From the NCBI RefSeq assembly GCF_009914755.1, contig NC_060935.1: DNA of 64,000 nucleotides. One strand, given 5' to 3'. Below the pieces are notes generated by a model, which saw nothing but the letters and a program-made list of their open reading frames with translations, was not told where the DNA came from and made no database searches. The translations under genes and the position numbers were made by a program. How positions within the stretch are numbered: position 1 is the stretch's first letter; every line of letters begins with the position of its first letter. Positions 1-13,890 of this stretch are shown piece by piece. The DNA is from the human T2T-CHM13v2.0 reference genome, Homo sapiens.

Positions 1-820
<820 letters not shown>

Positions 821-1093
821 AATTAATATTTCAAAAGGACATATAATCAAAGGAAGAGGCTGTCACCTATGGACACAAATAACTGTAATCATCCTTAAGC
901 ATCTTCCACCTATAAAGATAAATAAGACCTGCTTCCTGTCTTGGAAGCCTGGTAGCTTAGGAGGGAGAAATCACATTAGAAAAAGGCAACTTCAGCTTGG
1001 AAGTCCGCAATTCAACCATTGTAAGAGTCTTACTTGTATCCACCAAGGTCTCAGTCTTCCTTACTTCTGGTGTCTCTATAGAAGTACCCCCCA

Positions 1094-1469
<376 letters not shown>

Positions 1470-3015
1470 TTACTGCTCGGTAGATCTCTGGAATTTGGAT
1501 GCCTCCAGCAGTATTAGACAGTAAAGCCCATGCAGCAAATTGCCGGCTTGCACACAGCTCTGGGTGGCCCTAGGGCAGTTGCACTCTCTTCAGTGGTGCA
1601 GTTATCAATTTCTATAATGTCTCTGACTGCTGAACTCCACTGATCACCTCTCTCTATAACTGGTGGGAAAATCAACACTCTTATGGCCCAGCCCCTTCAG
1701 AGGGGGCCCAGAGCAGAGGGGCTGGGACACGTAATCACTCAGGAGTCCTGTCTCCTCCTTACTCTCACAGGAGGCACAGCTTCACTAGAGGAGGTGGAAG
1801 GTGAGAAGATGCAGATGGCTTTCAGTGCAGCCTCACTCTGTTCCAGGGTCCTTGTCCTCTCCACACTTCAGACCCTGGGGTTGCACCTAGCTTACTCTGG
1901 CAGACTCATTACTCACTTATGGAGATTTCTTTCTATAAGTTTCCATTTTTTTCTTCTTTCTGTGGGGACCCCCTCCCCATTCAGTCCATCAGATGTATCT
2001 ATGAAATTCTGAATTCCAAATAAAGGTTCAGATTATTTCCCATGGAGCCTCTGGGCCCCAGAGAAATCATAGGATGTTGCCTGACACCTGTAACAGGGTC
2101 CCTGAACATTTCGTGACAGAGTGATTTTCTCTGCCCAGAGCACAGAGAAGATCTCTAGGGGAGTGTTGCTTAACTTCAAAGTTGTCATATTCTAGTCTCA
2201 GCCAAGCCATCCTTTTACACCAATCTGTACTACAATCTTATAAGTGTTTTCCTAGCACTTTTGAATTACATGGTACAGGGGAACAGAGGCGGGAGAGATT
2301 GATTCTGTCTAGGGGAGGTTGTTCAAGAGAAAGGAGTAGGGACAGGGTGATACCAACACTCCTTGACATCAATTGAACAGTATGCATGACACCACAGAGC
2401 CCTGCTGTCATGCACCTCATTATTGTACACACTCATACGCTCTGCAGGCAAAACCCTTCCTGAATACAATGAGGGCATGCCACCAGAAGGAGACAGCATG
2501 GGCTGGTGGGAGAGTGTTGGAAGTGGAGCCAGAGGACCTGGATCACTTCCGGACACCACCCAGTTCCTTCATCCTCTCAGCACTCGGATGTGACTCTCTC
2601 CAGGAGAACACATCCCCACTAATATCTTCACTGCCTTCCTTTCAAGACCACCATGACTCAGAGGAAACACTTTCAGTGAAAATGCTTCCAAAATTTTCTA
2701 ATGCTTTTACAAATATGAAATAAAAATAAAAGGAATAACAAAACAATAACAGAATATTCATTATAAAAAAGAATAATGATGAAAAGCTCAGCATAGATGA
2801 GTGGGCCTATGACATGGCTGATTACCGTCTTTCAGTCAGCACATTGTGGATATTTGTCAGGTTCAGAGAAGCCTGAGTTTTGCAGAAGAAGGTCTGAAAT
2901 CCATATATTAAATGCCCATTTGGATGGTGGGTCAGGAAGAGCAAAGGATGTGTCTCACACATAGCTGTCAGGTGTCCTGAGTGACATGAACATCAACTCA
3001 TTGCCCCATAACTTG

Positions 3016-3210
3016 AAAACTGCCTACCTTACAAAAGTAAGGTGAAAAAAAAAAAAACACCAAATATATAGAAAATATATAGAGAAAAACCCCACCAAAA
3101 TACATAGAAGGCCAGTTCTAAATCCTAACACTGGGCTTCTAGAACAGGGCTCTAGATAGAATATACAGAAGGCCAGTTCTAAATCCTAACACTGGGCTTC
3201 CAGAACAGGG
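3016..3210. repeat. Inverted copy of 4512-4597 plus an internal ~49 bp direct duplication
   Basis: AAAACTGCCTACCTTACAAAAGTAA and AGAAGGCCAGTTCTAAATCCTAACACTGGG match the reverse complement of 4512-4597. 3101-3149 is repeated at 3162-3210. Confidence 0.9.
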
Positions 3211-4511
3211 TTCCTCTAAGAGCAAGGACATGCTCCCCCATCCCCTACCCCTCACCCCCAACACACAGGCTTGAATCCCTCCTCTCTAGTTTCATCCCCA
3301 GATGTCCTGTCCAGGAGAGACTGCCCCCACTCACTGCACTGTAATGCAGAAATCAAAGGAGGCTACTGGGAGGGAAGGAGACTCACACCGTACTGAGCTA
3401 AGTGAGAGAGTTGTTAACAGGGAGGTCGGGAAGGTCAGGTAAGCTGAGCAGGCCCCGCGTTGCCATGGAATTTGTTGAATTAGACACGGAACAAGGAGAT
3501 GCTGGTAAGATGAGGTGACCCTGGCTGCCTGAGTTACACACTCTCCCTGCCAAAGGTGCACATATAGAGCTCTGCTAGAAAATCACCTGGCCTGGACTTC
3601 TATTTTCGCTTATGGGGATTTGGGTTCTGGGGCTGGGGACAGGTGGGCTGTCCTACGTCCAGGGGGAGGAGGGAGAAGATCCAGATGGAGAGCCTAGCCC
3701 AAGTTCCTATACAGCATCTGGGTGGAAATGGGGAAATCATGGCAAGTGGGTTGAAACTAAGAGTCAGGAGCAGGCTAGGGCCTGTGTGAACAGAAGCAAG
3801 ACTGGGGAGGTGTGGACAACTGGTGAGGGATGCACTGCAAGCTGTGCCTCTGCTGACTGTCGGCTGCAAAGTGTGGGGCTGGGTAGGGGTGGCTTAGGGT
3901 GCAAAGTCCAAGTATCAGGGCCCTTCTGCACCCTTGAAACCACTTACATACATTTTTAGTTTTCTCTTTTGCACCACTCCTACCCCAACCTCCTCATAGA
4001 AGATTTCCCTTGCAGCTGATCTAGTGAGTTTTCACAATTAGCACCCATTTCTCAGATCTGCTTGGCAAATGGGCCTATAGTTGGATGTGGAACTCATCCT
4101 CTGGAAGATAAATCAGTTCCTATATGGGTGCAACCTCATGCTTTATCACCTTCCTTCAACATGCAATCCCACAGGCAGGCTTTTCATGTAAGTAGCTGGA
4201 AGTGTTAGTACCCGAATACTTGCCCAGGTTTTCATGGAAGAAGAAGAACGACTAAGCTGCCTCTAGAAAAAATTTGGGTTGATAAAAGCCCATAATGACA
4301 CTTGATTCAAGGCATGTATTGTGTTTTATTATTGCTGATATTAAAGCACAATAAGCAATATTCTAGTTAATTTATCATTGGCCTTTACCTTATACTTTTG
4401 CAATATTTGCAACTTTTCCCTCCAGTCCCCAGAGAAGAATAGCAAGTATTTTACTTTATTAAGCACTTGTGGACAAGATTCAGAAGTATAGCACATAGCA
4501 TTTAGTAACTT

Positions 4512-4597
4512 CCCAGTGTTAGGATTTAGAACTGGCCTTCTATATATTTTGGTGGTTTTTTTTTTTTTCATGTTACTTTTGTAAGGTAGGCAGTTTT
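4512..4597. repeat. Second arm of the inverted repeat
   Basis: CCCAGTGTTAGGATTTAGAACTGGCCTTCTAT...TTACTTTTGTAAGGTAGGCAGTTTT is the reverse complement of blocks in 3016-3135. Confidence 0.9.
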
Positions 4598-4634
4598 TCT
4601 GGTCTAGGCATTTATTCCTTTTCCAAAAATCCAA

Positions 4635-6260
4635 TTTATTCATCCAGTTGCTTTTTGAGCATATGTGATACACCAAGTGCTCTTCTAAGTACTGAAATTA
4701 CAGTAAAACTAAAACCATCCAAAATCCTTGTCCTCATTTAGTATTCAGTCTACTGGGGAGGCTGACAATAAACAGGGTAAATAAGTAAAAGGCAAATAAT
4801 TAAAATATATAGTGTTAGGTGGTGGTAAGTTATTTAGAAAAAAATAAAGGAGGGAGTGGGGTTATAAAACTTCAAGGGTGGGAAATAAAATTTGAGATCT
4901 TGGTCTGAAAAAAAAAACAAAACTTTACTAAAAAAGCAACATTTGAATGAAGACCTAAAAGGAAGTGAAGGAGCTGGCCATGTGGTTGCCTGGAAAGAGA
5001 ACATTCTACATAGAGAAGCAAGTGCAAAGGCCCTGAAGCAGGAATGTGCTTGGAATATTTAAGAAACAGCAAGGAAATCAGTGTGGCTGGAGCAGAATTA
5101 ATAAGCAGAGAGCAGAAGGAGACAAGCTGGATCTGGCTGAGCTCTGTGGGTCAGTGTGAGGCTTTCACCCTGAGGTGTCTGGGAAGCATCAGAGGGTTTG
5201 AGCAGGATGGCTTTGACAGCTGTATTGAAAACAGAGCATAAGGGACCAAGAACAGAGTCAGAGAAAATAATGAGGAGGCTATTGCAATAATTCAGGAGAG
5301 AGGTAATGGTGGCTGGGACCAAGGGAGTGAACATGGGGGTGAAAAAAAATGGTTAAGTTCTGGATATAGTTTGAAAATAGGACTGAGAGGCCTTTTTGGC
5401 AACTGAGATACGGTAAGTGGGAGAAAGGGGAGAGTCAAAGACAGCACCAAGTCTTTGAGCCAGAACAACTGGAAGAATGGCATTGCCATAAATTGAGATG
5501 CAGGACAGCCTGGTTGGGAGGGAAGATTGGAAGCTTGTGTTTGGACAGGTTGGTTTTGTGAAGCCTGTTATAGATCCAGTAGGTCAAGGAGGCATAGATG
5601 AATATGTGGATCTGGAACAGAGGAGGAAAAATGCATGGGGATGCATTGAAAGCCACAAGACTAGATGGAATCTCCCACGCTATGTGCGTGTAGGTAGAAA
5701 AGAGAAGAACTCCAAAGACTGAGCTCTAATGCACTCCAACATTTAGAGGTTGGGTAGATCAAGAAGAATCAATGAAAGTGACTTTAGACAAAGCCACCTG
5801 AAAGTTTAAAAGAAAACTAGTGAATATGGTGCCCTGGAAGCCAAGTGAGGAAAGTGTTCAAGGAGTGATTGACTGGGTCAAGTGTCACTGTTTATAGATC
5901 AAATAGTAGGTGGAGCAAGAAATTGCCATTATGTTTAAGGGGATCATTAGAGGTTTGATGGAGTGGTAGGAGAAAAAAAATCTCCTCACTGGAGTGGGTT
6001 AAACAGAGAATGGGGGAAAGAAATTGTGGTAAGTGAGGACAGACAACTTTTCAGAGTTTTGCCTTAAGGGAAAGAGAGAAATGAAGAGGACTGCAAGAGA
6101 AGTGGGATCTAGGAGGATTTTTTTTGTTAATATTGGATAAATTATGACATATATGAATGCTGATAAATGATCCAGAACAAAGGGGAAAGATGATACTTCA
6201 AGAGAAAGAAGGTGAGGAAGGGGGTTGCTGGAGAAATGATCAGCCAGGAGATGGGTTCCA
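4635..6260 (-). mobile_element. L2 LINE, long degraded fragment
   Basis: Begins with a reverse-complement L2 3' end (TTTATTCATCCAG...TTGAGCATATGTG). L2 body motifs follow (AGCAAGTGCAAAGGCCCTGAAGCAGGAATGTGCTTGG; GGAAGAATGGCATTGCCAT). Confidence 0.8.
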
Positions 6261-6849
6261 ATGCATGGAGGGAGCTATTGGCCTTGCTAGGGTCATGTGT
6301 AGCATGCTCCTTACTACACAAGGGGCAGAATTTATGCATTTATATGCAAACAATTTTTTACTCACAAGAGGGCTTTGGGACAGATAACTGTAAGCAATCT
6401 TTAGCCACTGAAAAACCACATGACTAGAATCCCATGGAAGAAGGGAGAGGGCAGCATTGATTAGAAAATATAGTGATGATGCAATTTGAAATCAGGAGAC
6501 AGAAATAAGTCTAGGATATAAAGCCTTGTGGCTCTCTATTAATGTCTTCCTACTGCCTTGGTATGAGCCATGGAACCAAAGCATTTCCTTATGCTAGGTA
6601 TTAATCTAGTGGCCTAATTTAAACTATAGACCCAAGAGATGGGTTGTGACCAAGTACACAGTACTTCTTGGTAGTCTTTCTCTAAATACTTGCTAAAGGG
6701 ATGGATATAAGCATGCAAAGAAATAAATGAATGGCAATCTTGTTCTTTATGCTGACATCAAGCTACAGAGGTAAGCAATTGCTCAATATATTTTGTCTGC
6801 CTTAGAAAAATATTAAATGTAAAATGCACATATAAATATAAAATGTAAA

Positions 6850-7076
6850 ACAGTTGAAGAATCACAGGCTTTGGAGTTGGACAGATATAAGTTTGACTCC
6901 CAGGTTTGCACCTCAATTAGATGCCTTCTTAAGCTATATGAGCCTCATCTATAAAATGGGACTGGCAGTACCTCCTAACTTACAGAGTTGTTACAAAAGT
7001 AAAATCAAACAAAAATATCACATAATATTCTAGTAAAGTTCCTGGTACATATTAGATGTTGAGTAAATGCTGGTTT
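6850..7076 (+). mobile_element. MIR SINE
   Basis: GGCTTTGGAGTTGGACAG...CTCATCTATAAAATGGG core...CCTGGTACATATTAGATGTTGAGTAAATG. Confidence 0.75.
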
Positions 7077-8113
7077 TAAAACAACTCTGCTTAATGACCT
7101 TGTAAAATTCACTGACTTCTCTTCTGCAGCATTTAACAATTTTTAGTTTGAGTCAACCCATGAGAGGAGGCATTCCAGAAGATTCTCCCCCGCTGTGTAA
7201 AATATTGCTTCTTTCTTTGAAACATAAAACAACTCCTTCAATGCCTTCAGCCTCTTCCTCCCTCACTCCAATTTGGTGACTAGTTCTTAAATTTTGAGTG
7301 GTTTCTCTTTGTTTTTAGGTTTGGGCTTTTTTTTTTTTTTTTTTTTTTAAACTTATAAGGTGCTCTTTTCCCAATGGCTATGAGATAGAAACTTAGGGAT
7401 CCTGTTTTCCTTCAAGCCAAGCTTTTCCCCTGAACACATTTATTGGAGACACTCCATGTAGGAGGAGTGAGATGCAAGGCACAGGGGTCTCTAACCACAG
7501 CCTACCCAGGCCAGCTTTGCTGCACCGAACAAAAGACAGCCACTAGGTCAGTGAGGGAGATTACTGTGTAGGGTTTCTTCACCCCCATCAAATTATGTGT
7601 GACTAGAGGATTTGTTTGACATCTCGGTTCAGATGAGGTCAAGAACACTCAGCAGGGGTTGTTGTGAACATTAAGGATGTTCTTACAGGATCCTGAAGAG
7701 GCTTGTAGTGAGAGATGTTTCTCAGCAACCCAGGGCCACCTACAAGGCCTGGTAAGTAATCTGAGAGGAAATAAGCTTCTTAGGATCAGGATTCCCCCAT
7801 GTTTTCAACAGCCAAGAAAGGATGGTTTATCTATAAGGAAGCTTTGGTAGCTTTGGTGGAACAAGAATGTGAAAAAACAAACAAAAACAAAAACAAAAAA
7901 AAAACTTCAATGGAGATGAGGCAAAAATCTATGCCAAAAATACCCAATATCAAAGCACTCTAGCCAATAAAAACGGCAATTTTCAAGTTCACACAGGAAG
8001 CATTCCTTCCAGCAGCCCTGCCCTGCCCATCCTGTCACCTCCCACTATTACAAACATACCCATGAGCCCCCAACACCAGAAAACCACAAAAGGTTCCTCT
8101 CCTGAGACATTTA

Positions 8114-8198
8114 TTAGGTTGATTGGTGCAAAAGTAACTGTGGGTTTTTGGCATTAAAAGTAATGGCAAAAACCGCAGTTACTTTTGCACCAACCTAA
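8114..8198. mobile_element. MADE1 mariner-derived MITE (palindromic)
   Basis: TTAGGTT(GATT)GGTGCAAAAGTAACTG...CCGCAGTTACTTTTGCACCAACCTAA, flanked by TA at 8112-8113 and 8199-8200. Confidence 0.93.
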
Positions 8199-8617
8199 TA
8201 GCTCTGCTCCATCTATGTGGACCATAATTTTTGCCTGGTATGAACATCTTTGTGGTCAGCATTCCCTAATTTTGATGCTTCCCAACCTTTTTTACACTGG
8301 TGTCACTGCTCTTGCAGCATTTTGAGAAGTCCCCAAGAAGCCACTTAAAGCTGAGGCCAGCTGCTCAGCTTCCTGATCACCCCAAGTGCTGATGGGATAA
8401 AATATCTCAAAGACCATCACAACCCATTTCAACAGAATGCCCCAGTCGGGAAGCTCTCCCTGGCTTCTTCTGTCTCTAAAAATTTCCACCTGAAGAATGT
8501 AGGTTTGGAGAACGGAGTGAAACTCTAGAAGAAACACACAGAGTCAGTGGGACAAAGGATTGAGGCCTAAGAGAAAGGGGATCCCCCCCTTTCTCTAACA
8601 ACAGTGAAACCACAAAC

Positions 8618-8835
8618 AATGTTTATAGAGTATTAATATGCATAGGCTTTAGGCTGATCATTTTACCTGGCTTATCCCAATTTTTGTAACAACTATACCC
8701 GGAAGGTACTGTCATTATCCCCATGATAGAAGGGAGGAAGCTGAAGCTTAGAAAGTTTAGGTAGGTAGCCAAAGTGATACAAATATCAAGTGATCTTGGT
8801 ATTTGAAGCCCATAAGCTTATGTTCTTAACTAATT
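8618..8835 (-). mobile_element. MIR SINE
   Basis: Reverse MIR core: GTACTGTCATTATCCCCATG...GAGGAAGCTGAAGCTTAGAAAGTTTAGGT. Confidence 0.65.
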
Positions 8836-11309
8836 GACCTGTCTACTTTGTAAACAATAAGGGGAACATGTGGGGGTGGGAGTGGGGTGTGGTGTAGATG
8901 AATTCCTCTTGCTTGATCTAGGAACTGACTCAGTTCCAGCCCATCTATGGGGATGAGGACCTGGAGAAATCCATGCTGGGAGGAGTCTCACCCTCTACAG
9001 GTAACTTCTGCCTAGCTTTTGTCCTCTTTGAATTGAGGAACGCATCTAGCGATCTTCCCCTGAAGCTCATTTCGAAGAGTTTTGGCAGGCTACATAGTTC
9101 TGAGAAGGATGGAAATGCATGAGTGGTTAGTGACACTCATACTCAAAATGCAAGGTTGTATTTTCTTCTTAGTAAGTACAGAGAACACAAATCCAAGCAC
9201 ACCTCTTACAGGAAATCACAAACATCAGATGCCTCTGCCTTAGCCCCAGGTAGCTAAGCTCCATCCTCATCATTCTATCCTCTCTAGCAACCTTCCCATT
9301 TTCCATCCTTCAAAGTAGAACTACCAGAAACAGAGGAGCCTTATCTCCTGTCTCACTGAATGCCAGACTTCAAATGAATACTACTCAGCAAGGCTTGTTC
9401 TTTCCATCCTGAGTCAGAATTTTCAAGGAATTCACCAGGTTTTCTAATGAAAATTTTCTAACAAGGGCGCAGAGAATACTTTCTAACCAGCAGCACCTGA
9501 CAAGGTCAGGCATTGGAAGTCACGCATTCTCCAGCTCTTTCCTGCGTTAGATACACAAATTCAGGACATAGGCCTGGCTTCAAGTGACAAACTCATAGTT
9601 TATCAGCCTCTTGTGGGTAGCAAAGACTGAAGGGCTGTGTGAATCAGACCAGTGCAATCTCCCCTGGCTGCTGCCTGAGCAGACTTAGAGGACAAGGCCA
9701 GATTGCAGTTCTTGTCTCCAAGAAAGACCCTTTTTATGATTCTAGCAACCATTCCAACCAGTGAAATTGTGTATGTAATAGAGAATATTATGACTCCTTG
9801 TTCTTCATCATCAGTCCATGAGGTACCTCTTGGTATTATTTCTGCTTATTCATCTTATGTAAGATTACATCAAGAGGTCTGAAGTCTTGCTATATGCTAA
9901 TCACAGAGGCAGCCAATGCCCATTCCTACGAAGGACACAAGCACAGAGGCAACAGCAGGTAGTGAAATTGTGTGTGCATTCAAAGATTACTTACCTCCCT
10001 CCATTTGAGTGGGCACACAGACCATTTTAGGCTCTAGAGACCTCTGAAGATCACGCCCCAGTGCTGCTCTCGGGCAGTAGAGCATCCTGGGTTGTTTTTA
10101 AAGAGACTAGCAGCCGTCTCCCAATACTCAAGGATCACACAGCTTTGCTCCATCTCCTCTAAGGGCTGATCAAGAGGCTTAAACTGAAGCAGGAGGGATT
10201 TTAAGTTAGAACAGCTTTTGAGGAAGTCTTGTGAGACCTGACTTGGAAAGGGTGAAGAACTTCATCTTGTCCGGAGGCTTATAGGCATGTCCACTGACTG
10301 TCCTTTGGAAGACTTTGAAAGTACCTTACCTGGAGGAAGTTGTTGTATTGAAAGTCCAGAGAAGGAAAGCTCTGGACCGCCCGTCAGCTGTGGAGGCTAA
10401 TGATAAATAAATACCAGGATGAAACCCTAATCAGTGTCAGAAATTTTGTGAGCTGAATTTCTTTGATAACAAGGAAGGGGCAGCCAGCTGGGGGCTCTGA
10501 CTCCGAGAGCCCTCACTCTGGGCCCGTATTCCTTCAGCAGAAAGCACCAGAATGCAATTCCAGACTTTCCTATTCCTTTGTCACCTTCTTTTTCTCCTAC
10601 CTTTTGCTGGCAAAGCTATTCCCTGGAGAACTCTGAAGCTAGCCAAGCTGGCAAACACCCCAGCCAGAAAGCAGAGCTGTAGAAGAGATCAGACACAGGT
10701 GATGTCATTTAGAGGACAGTCTGGGAATGTGGGCAAGGCCAGAGCGGGGTAGAAAGTGGAATATATCTAGCTACACCAAAAAGGGGTAAGTTGCAATATG
10801 TCATGGTGGGTTTTTATGTGTCTGCAGAAAAAGACAAGTGAAATAACAGGTCAGAGGTGAGGCCAAATTTCCTGTGTTCACAGAGATCAGGAATTGTCTG
10901 CAGCAACAAGGCAAGAATTTTCCTGAATCAGGTGAGAAATGTTGCCCCATCTATGCTCAGCCAGAATTCAGAAAGTAAATTTATGTTCTGCTAACAAGAA
11001 TTGTATAAGGACTTTGGAGTAAGTCTGCCTTAGAAGGAAAATGTTTAGAATTCAGTTCATGTCCCACTCTTGATGAAATATTCCCTAGCCCTTCAGGCCT
11101 CCCTGGATCTCTCTAGGGGAAAAAAAGGAAGCTGGTTTTAGGGATTAGATCACAAACATAACTTCATTCTCATTCACTCACCACTCCCAATAGCCTAATA
11201 GCCTACAAGTCACTTCTATTCTCAGATCCCAACTCATAAACACACACACACACACACTCACACACATCCTACTTGTTGACGTGTCAACTACAGTTACACA
11301 TAATATTCA

Positions 11310-12290
11310 TGTAATGGTATTTTTGGTGTTATGACCCCTCTGGCAGTCTGATTAAACCCACAAATCCCCCAGAAAACTGTTTGAAATACATAAAGTTACA
11401 AAATAATTATATTAAAATTCAGTTTTCAAAATGTTTTAATTTTTATTTTTTATTATACTTTAAGTTTTAGGGTACATGTGCACAACGTGCAGGTTTGTTA
11501 CATATGTATACATGCGCCATGTTGGTGTGCTGCACCCATTAACTCGTCATTTACATTAGGTATATCTCCTAATGCTATCCCTCCCCCCTCCCCCCACCCC
11601 ATGACAGGCCTTGGTGTGTGATGTTCCCCTTCCTGCGTCCAGGTGTTCTCATTGTTTAGTTCCCACCTATGAATGAGAACCTGCGGTGTTTGGTTTTTTG
11701 TCCTCGCGACAGTTTGCTGAGAATGATGGTTTCCAGCTTCATCCATGTCCCTACAAAGGACATGAACTTATCCTTTTTTATGGCTGCATAGTATTCCATG
11801 GTGTATATGTGCCACATTTTCTTAATCCAATCTATCATCGATGGACATTTGGATTGGTTCCAAGTCTTTGCTGTTGTGAATAGTGCTGCAATAAACATAC
11901 GTGTGTATGTGTCTTTATAGCAGCATGATTTATAATCAAAATGTTTTTAAAAATAATTTAGTTTGGAAAAACATGTGCTTTCTTATTAAATCCTCAGATA
12001 ATATCTAATGATGGATCTTATTAACATTGTCATGACTATAAATATTTTGACATATCTGCAAGACCCGTAAATAACATATCCATGATTTCTATTGATAATA
12101 AAAGCGTAAACACTGTTAATACTACTATGTATTGTTAGCTACATTCATATTGGCAAAAATGTCACATTTTAGTTAGAAGTTAGTGAAAATAAAGATGGAA
12201 TTTTTTTTCCTCGTTCAAGTTCATGGACTCTCTGAATTTCATCCCCTGACACCTTAAAGATCCACGGATTTTAGGTTAACAATTACCCTG
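11310..12290. mobile_element. hAT-Charlie DNA transposon remnant (Charlie4-like), split by an L1
   Basis: ATGACCCCTCTGGCAGTCTG at the left. GTTAGTGAAAATAAAGATG...CAAGTTCATGGAC...AGGTTAAC at the right. Family recalled from consensus. Confidence 0.6.
11438..11935 (-). mobile_element. L1PA (about PA4-PA6) 3' end, 5'-truncated, 498 bp
   Basis: TTATACTTTAAGTTTTAGGGTACATGTGCACAACG... is a primate L1 3'UTR. ORF 11656..11898 is the ORF2 C-terminus. TSD TCAAAATGTTTT at 11426-11437 and 11936-11947. Confidence 0.95.
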
Positions 12291-12450
12291 ACTTACCTAG
12301 CATATGTACTTACAGATTATATACACATTCATTCATTCTGTTTATAAACACTTATTCACCAACAATTCACACACAACTTTCTAAATCCCACCTCAAAAAT
12401 ACCCAACCAACATACTCACTAATATACACACACAAAACGCTCATATACAC

Positions 12451-12870
12451 CTGTGTGCTGGTAAGTGTTTAGCAACCAGCTCTCCAGAAATAAAAGACCC
12501 TGATTTGTAGAGTTTGCTAACTTCCATAACATAAATACTCCTACAATGGCCAATTTCAAATTATTAACACAATGTCACTGAACATACAGTTGGGAAGAGA
12601 TGAGCAGTAACACATCATTGCATAGTATTTCCACCATAGAGACACAACTGATGTAAAAAAAAAAACCTCAAGACATGGATAAGAGTAAAATGTAAAAGGA
12701 AGGGGTGAATTTTAATTATTTATAACCTTTATTTTTATTAATTTATTTAGTTGTAAGTATATACAATTTAATTTTTAATAATGGCTGAGTTTAATCACCA
12801 GTTTACAAAATCCCTAAATTTAACAAACAGCTCTCACGGGCCAGGAAAAGCCAGCTCCAGCACGCCACTG
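12451..12870 (-). mobile_element. MER63-type hAT DNA element
   Basis: Terminal inverted repeats CTGTGTGCTGG...CCAGCACGCCACTG, with internal AAATTTAACAAACAGCTCTCACGGGCC typical of MER63. Confidence 0.75.
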
Positions 12871-13032
12871 CATGTGCCTTCATACTTATATACATATCAG
12901 ACCCTCAGGTTATTTTCTACATATACATCCAGTCACCCTCATATTCACCAATGTCCCTGAACCCCTATTTATGAACATATGCTCCGCTAACACTTTCACT
13001 CATGCTCATCACCACAACACTTAAATCTGTCC

Positions 13033-13353
13033 TTTTTTTTTTTTTTTTTTTTTTTCTTTTTAGAGACAGGGCCTTAGTCTGTTTACCCAAAGGTGGAGTG
13101 CAGTGATGCGATCACAGCTCATTGCCATCTCAAAGTCCTGTGCTCAAGCAATACTCCCCACTCAGCCTCCTGAGTAGCTAGGACTACAGGCGTACGCTAC
13201 CATGCTTGGATAATTTCTTTTGTATTTTTTATTTTTTGTAAAGACCGGTCTCCCTATGTTGCCTAGGCTGGTCTCGAACTCCTAGGCTCAAGTGATCCTC
13301 CCACCTCGGCCTTCCAGCATTGGGATTACAGTCATAAGTCACTGTGCCTGGCC
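13033..13353 (-). mobile_element. AluJ, full length
   Basis: Poly-T tail and AluJ-type GCTCAAGCAAT/GGCTCAAGTGATCCTCCC. TSD TCTGTCC at 13026-13032 and 13354-13360. Confidence 0.92.
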
Positions 13354-13360
13354 TCTGTCC

Positions 13361-13890
13361 ATCTTTACACACAAGTCTTCCGTGTATACCCTTGACATAT
13401 AACACACATTGCTGCACTATACAAACATATTCACAAACTCACAATTCATAGACACCTTCAAACTCATATAACCCCAAACTTATAAACAAAATTAATACTG
13501 TAGTTATTACATTCTCATCCATACACACACCGCTCACATATAATCCCTACTCGCTAAAACACATGCACCAACACCCCATGCACATACATAGCAAAATTCT
13601 TCAAACATGCCCATGCATACATCAAATCATTCAAATACACTCAAGCACTCATGTAACACTCAAGGTACATTCTGCATGCACATATTCAAATGCCTGCAAT
13701 TTTTCTACACCCCCCAATAAACACACACACAACTAACCTCCATTCATGCATATACACATTTCTTCACCTATACACATATTATTCATATGAGCTCAATTAT
13801 ACAGATCCCCCAATGTCCACCTACACATACAACCCACATATTCTTACACCCACCTGCTCATCCCCCACATACCCACACAAACACAGGAGA
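13361..13890. repeat. CA-rich, G-poor low-complexity tract (similar tracts at ~11235-11270 and 12300-12450)
   Basis: Degenerate CACA/CATA/TACA runs with very few G on the + strand. Confidence 0.7.

Noticed and set aside
3101-3210. CRISPR-like repeat-spacer pattern (also considered for 58417-58617)
   Set aside because: There are only two units, no series of unique spacers and no cas genes, and the context is a primate genome.
3016-4597. Non-autonomous DNA transposon with long terminal inverted repeats
   Set aside because: There is no TSD (ATAACTTG vs TCTGGTCT), the arms contain poly-A and irregular re-copies, and the termini match no family I know.
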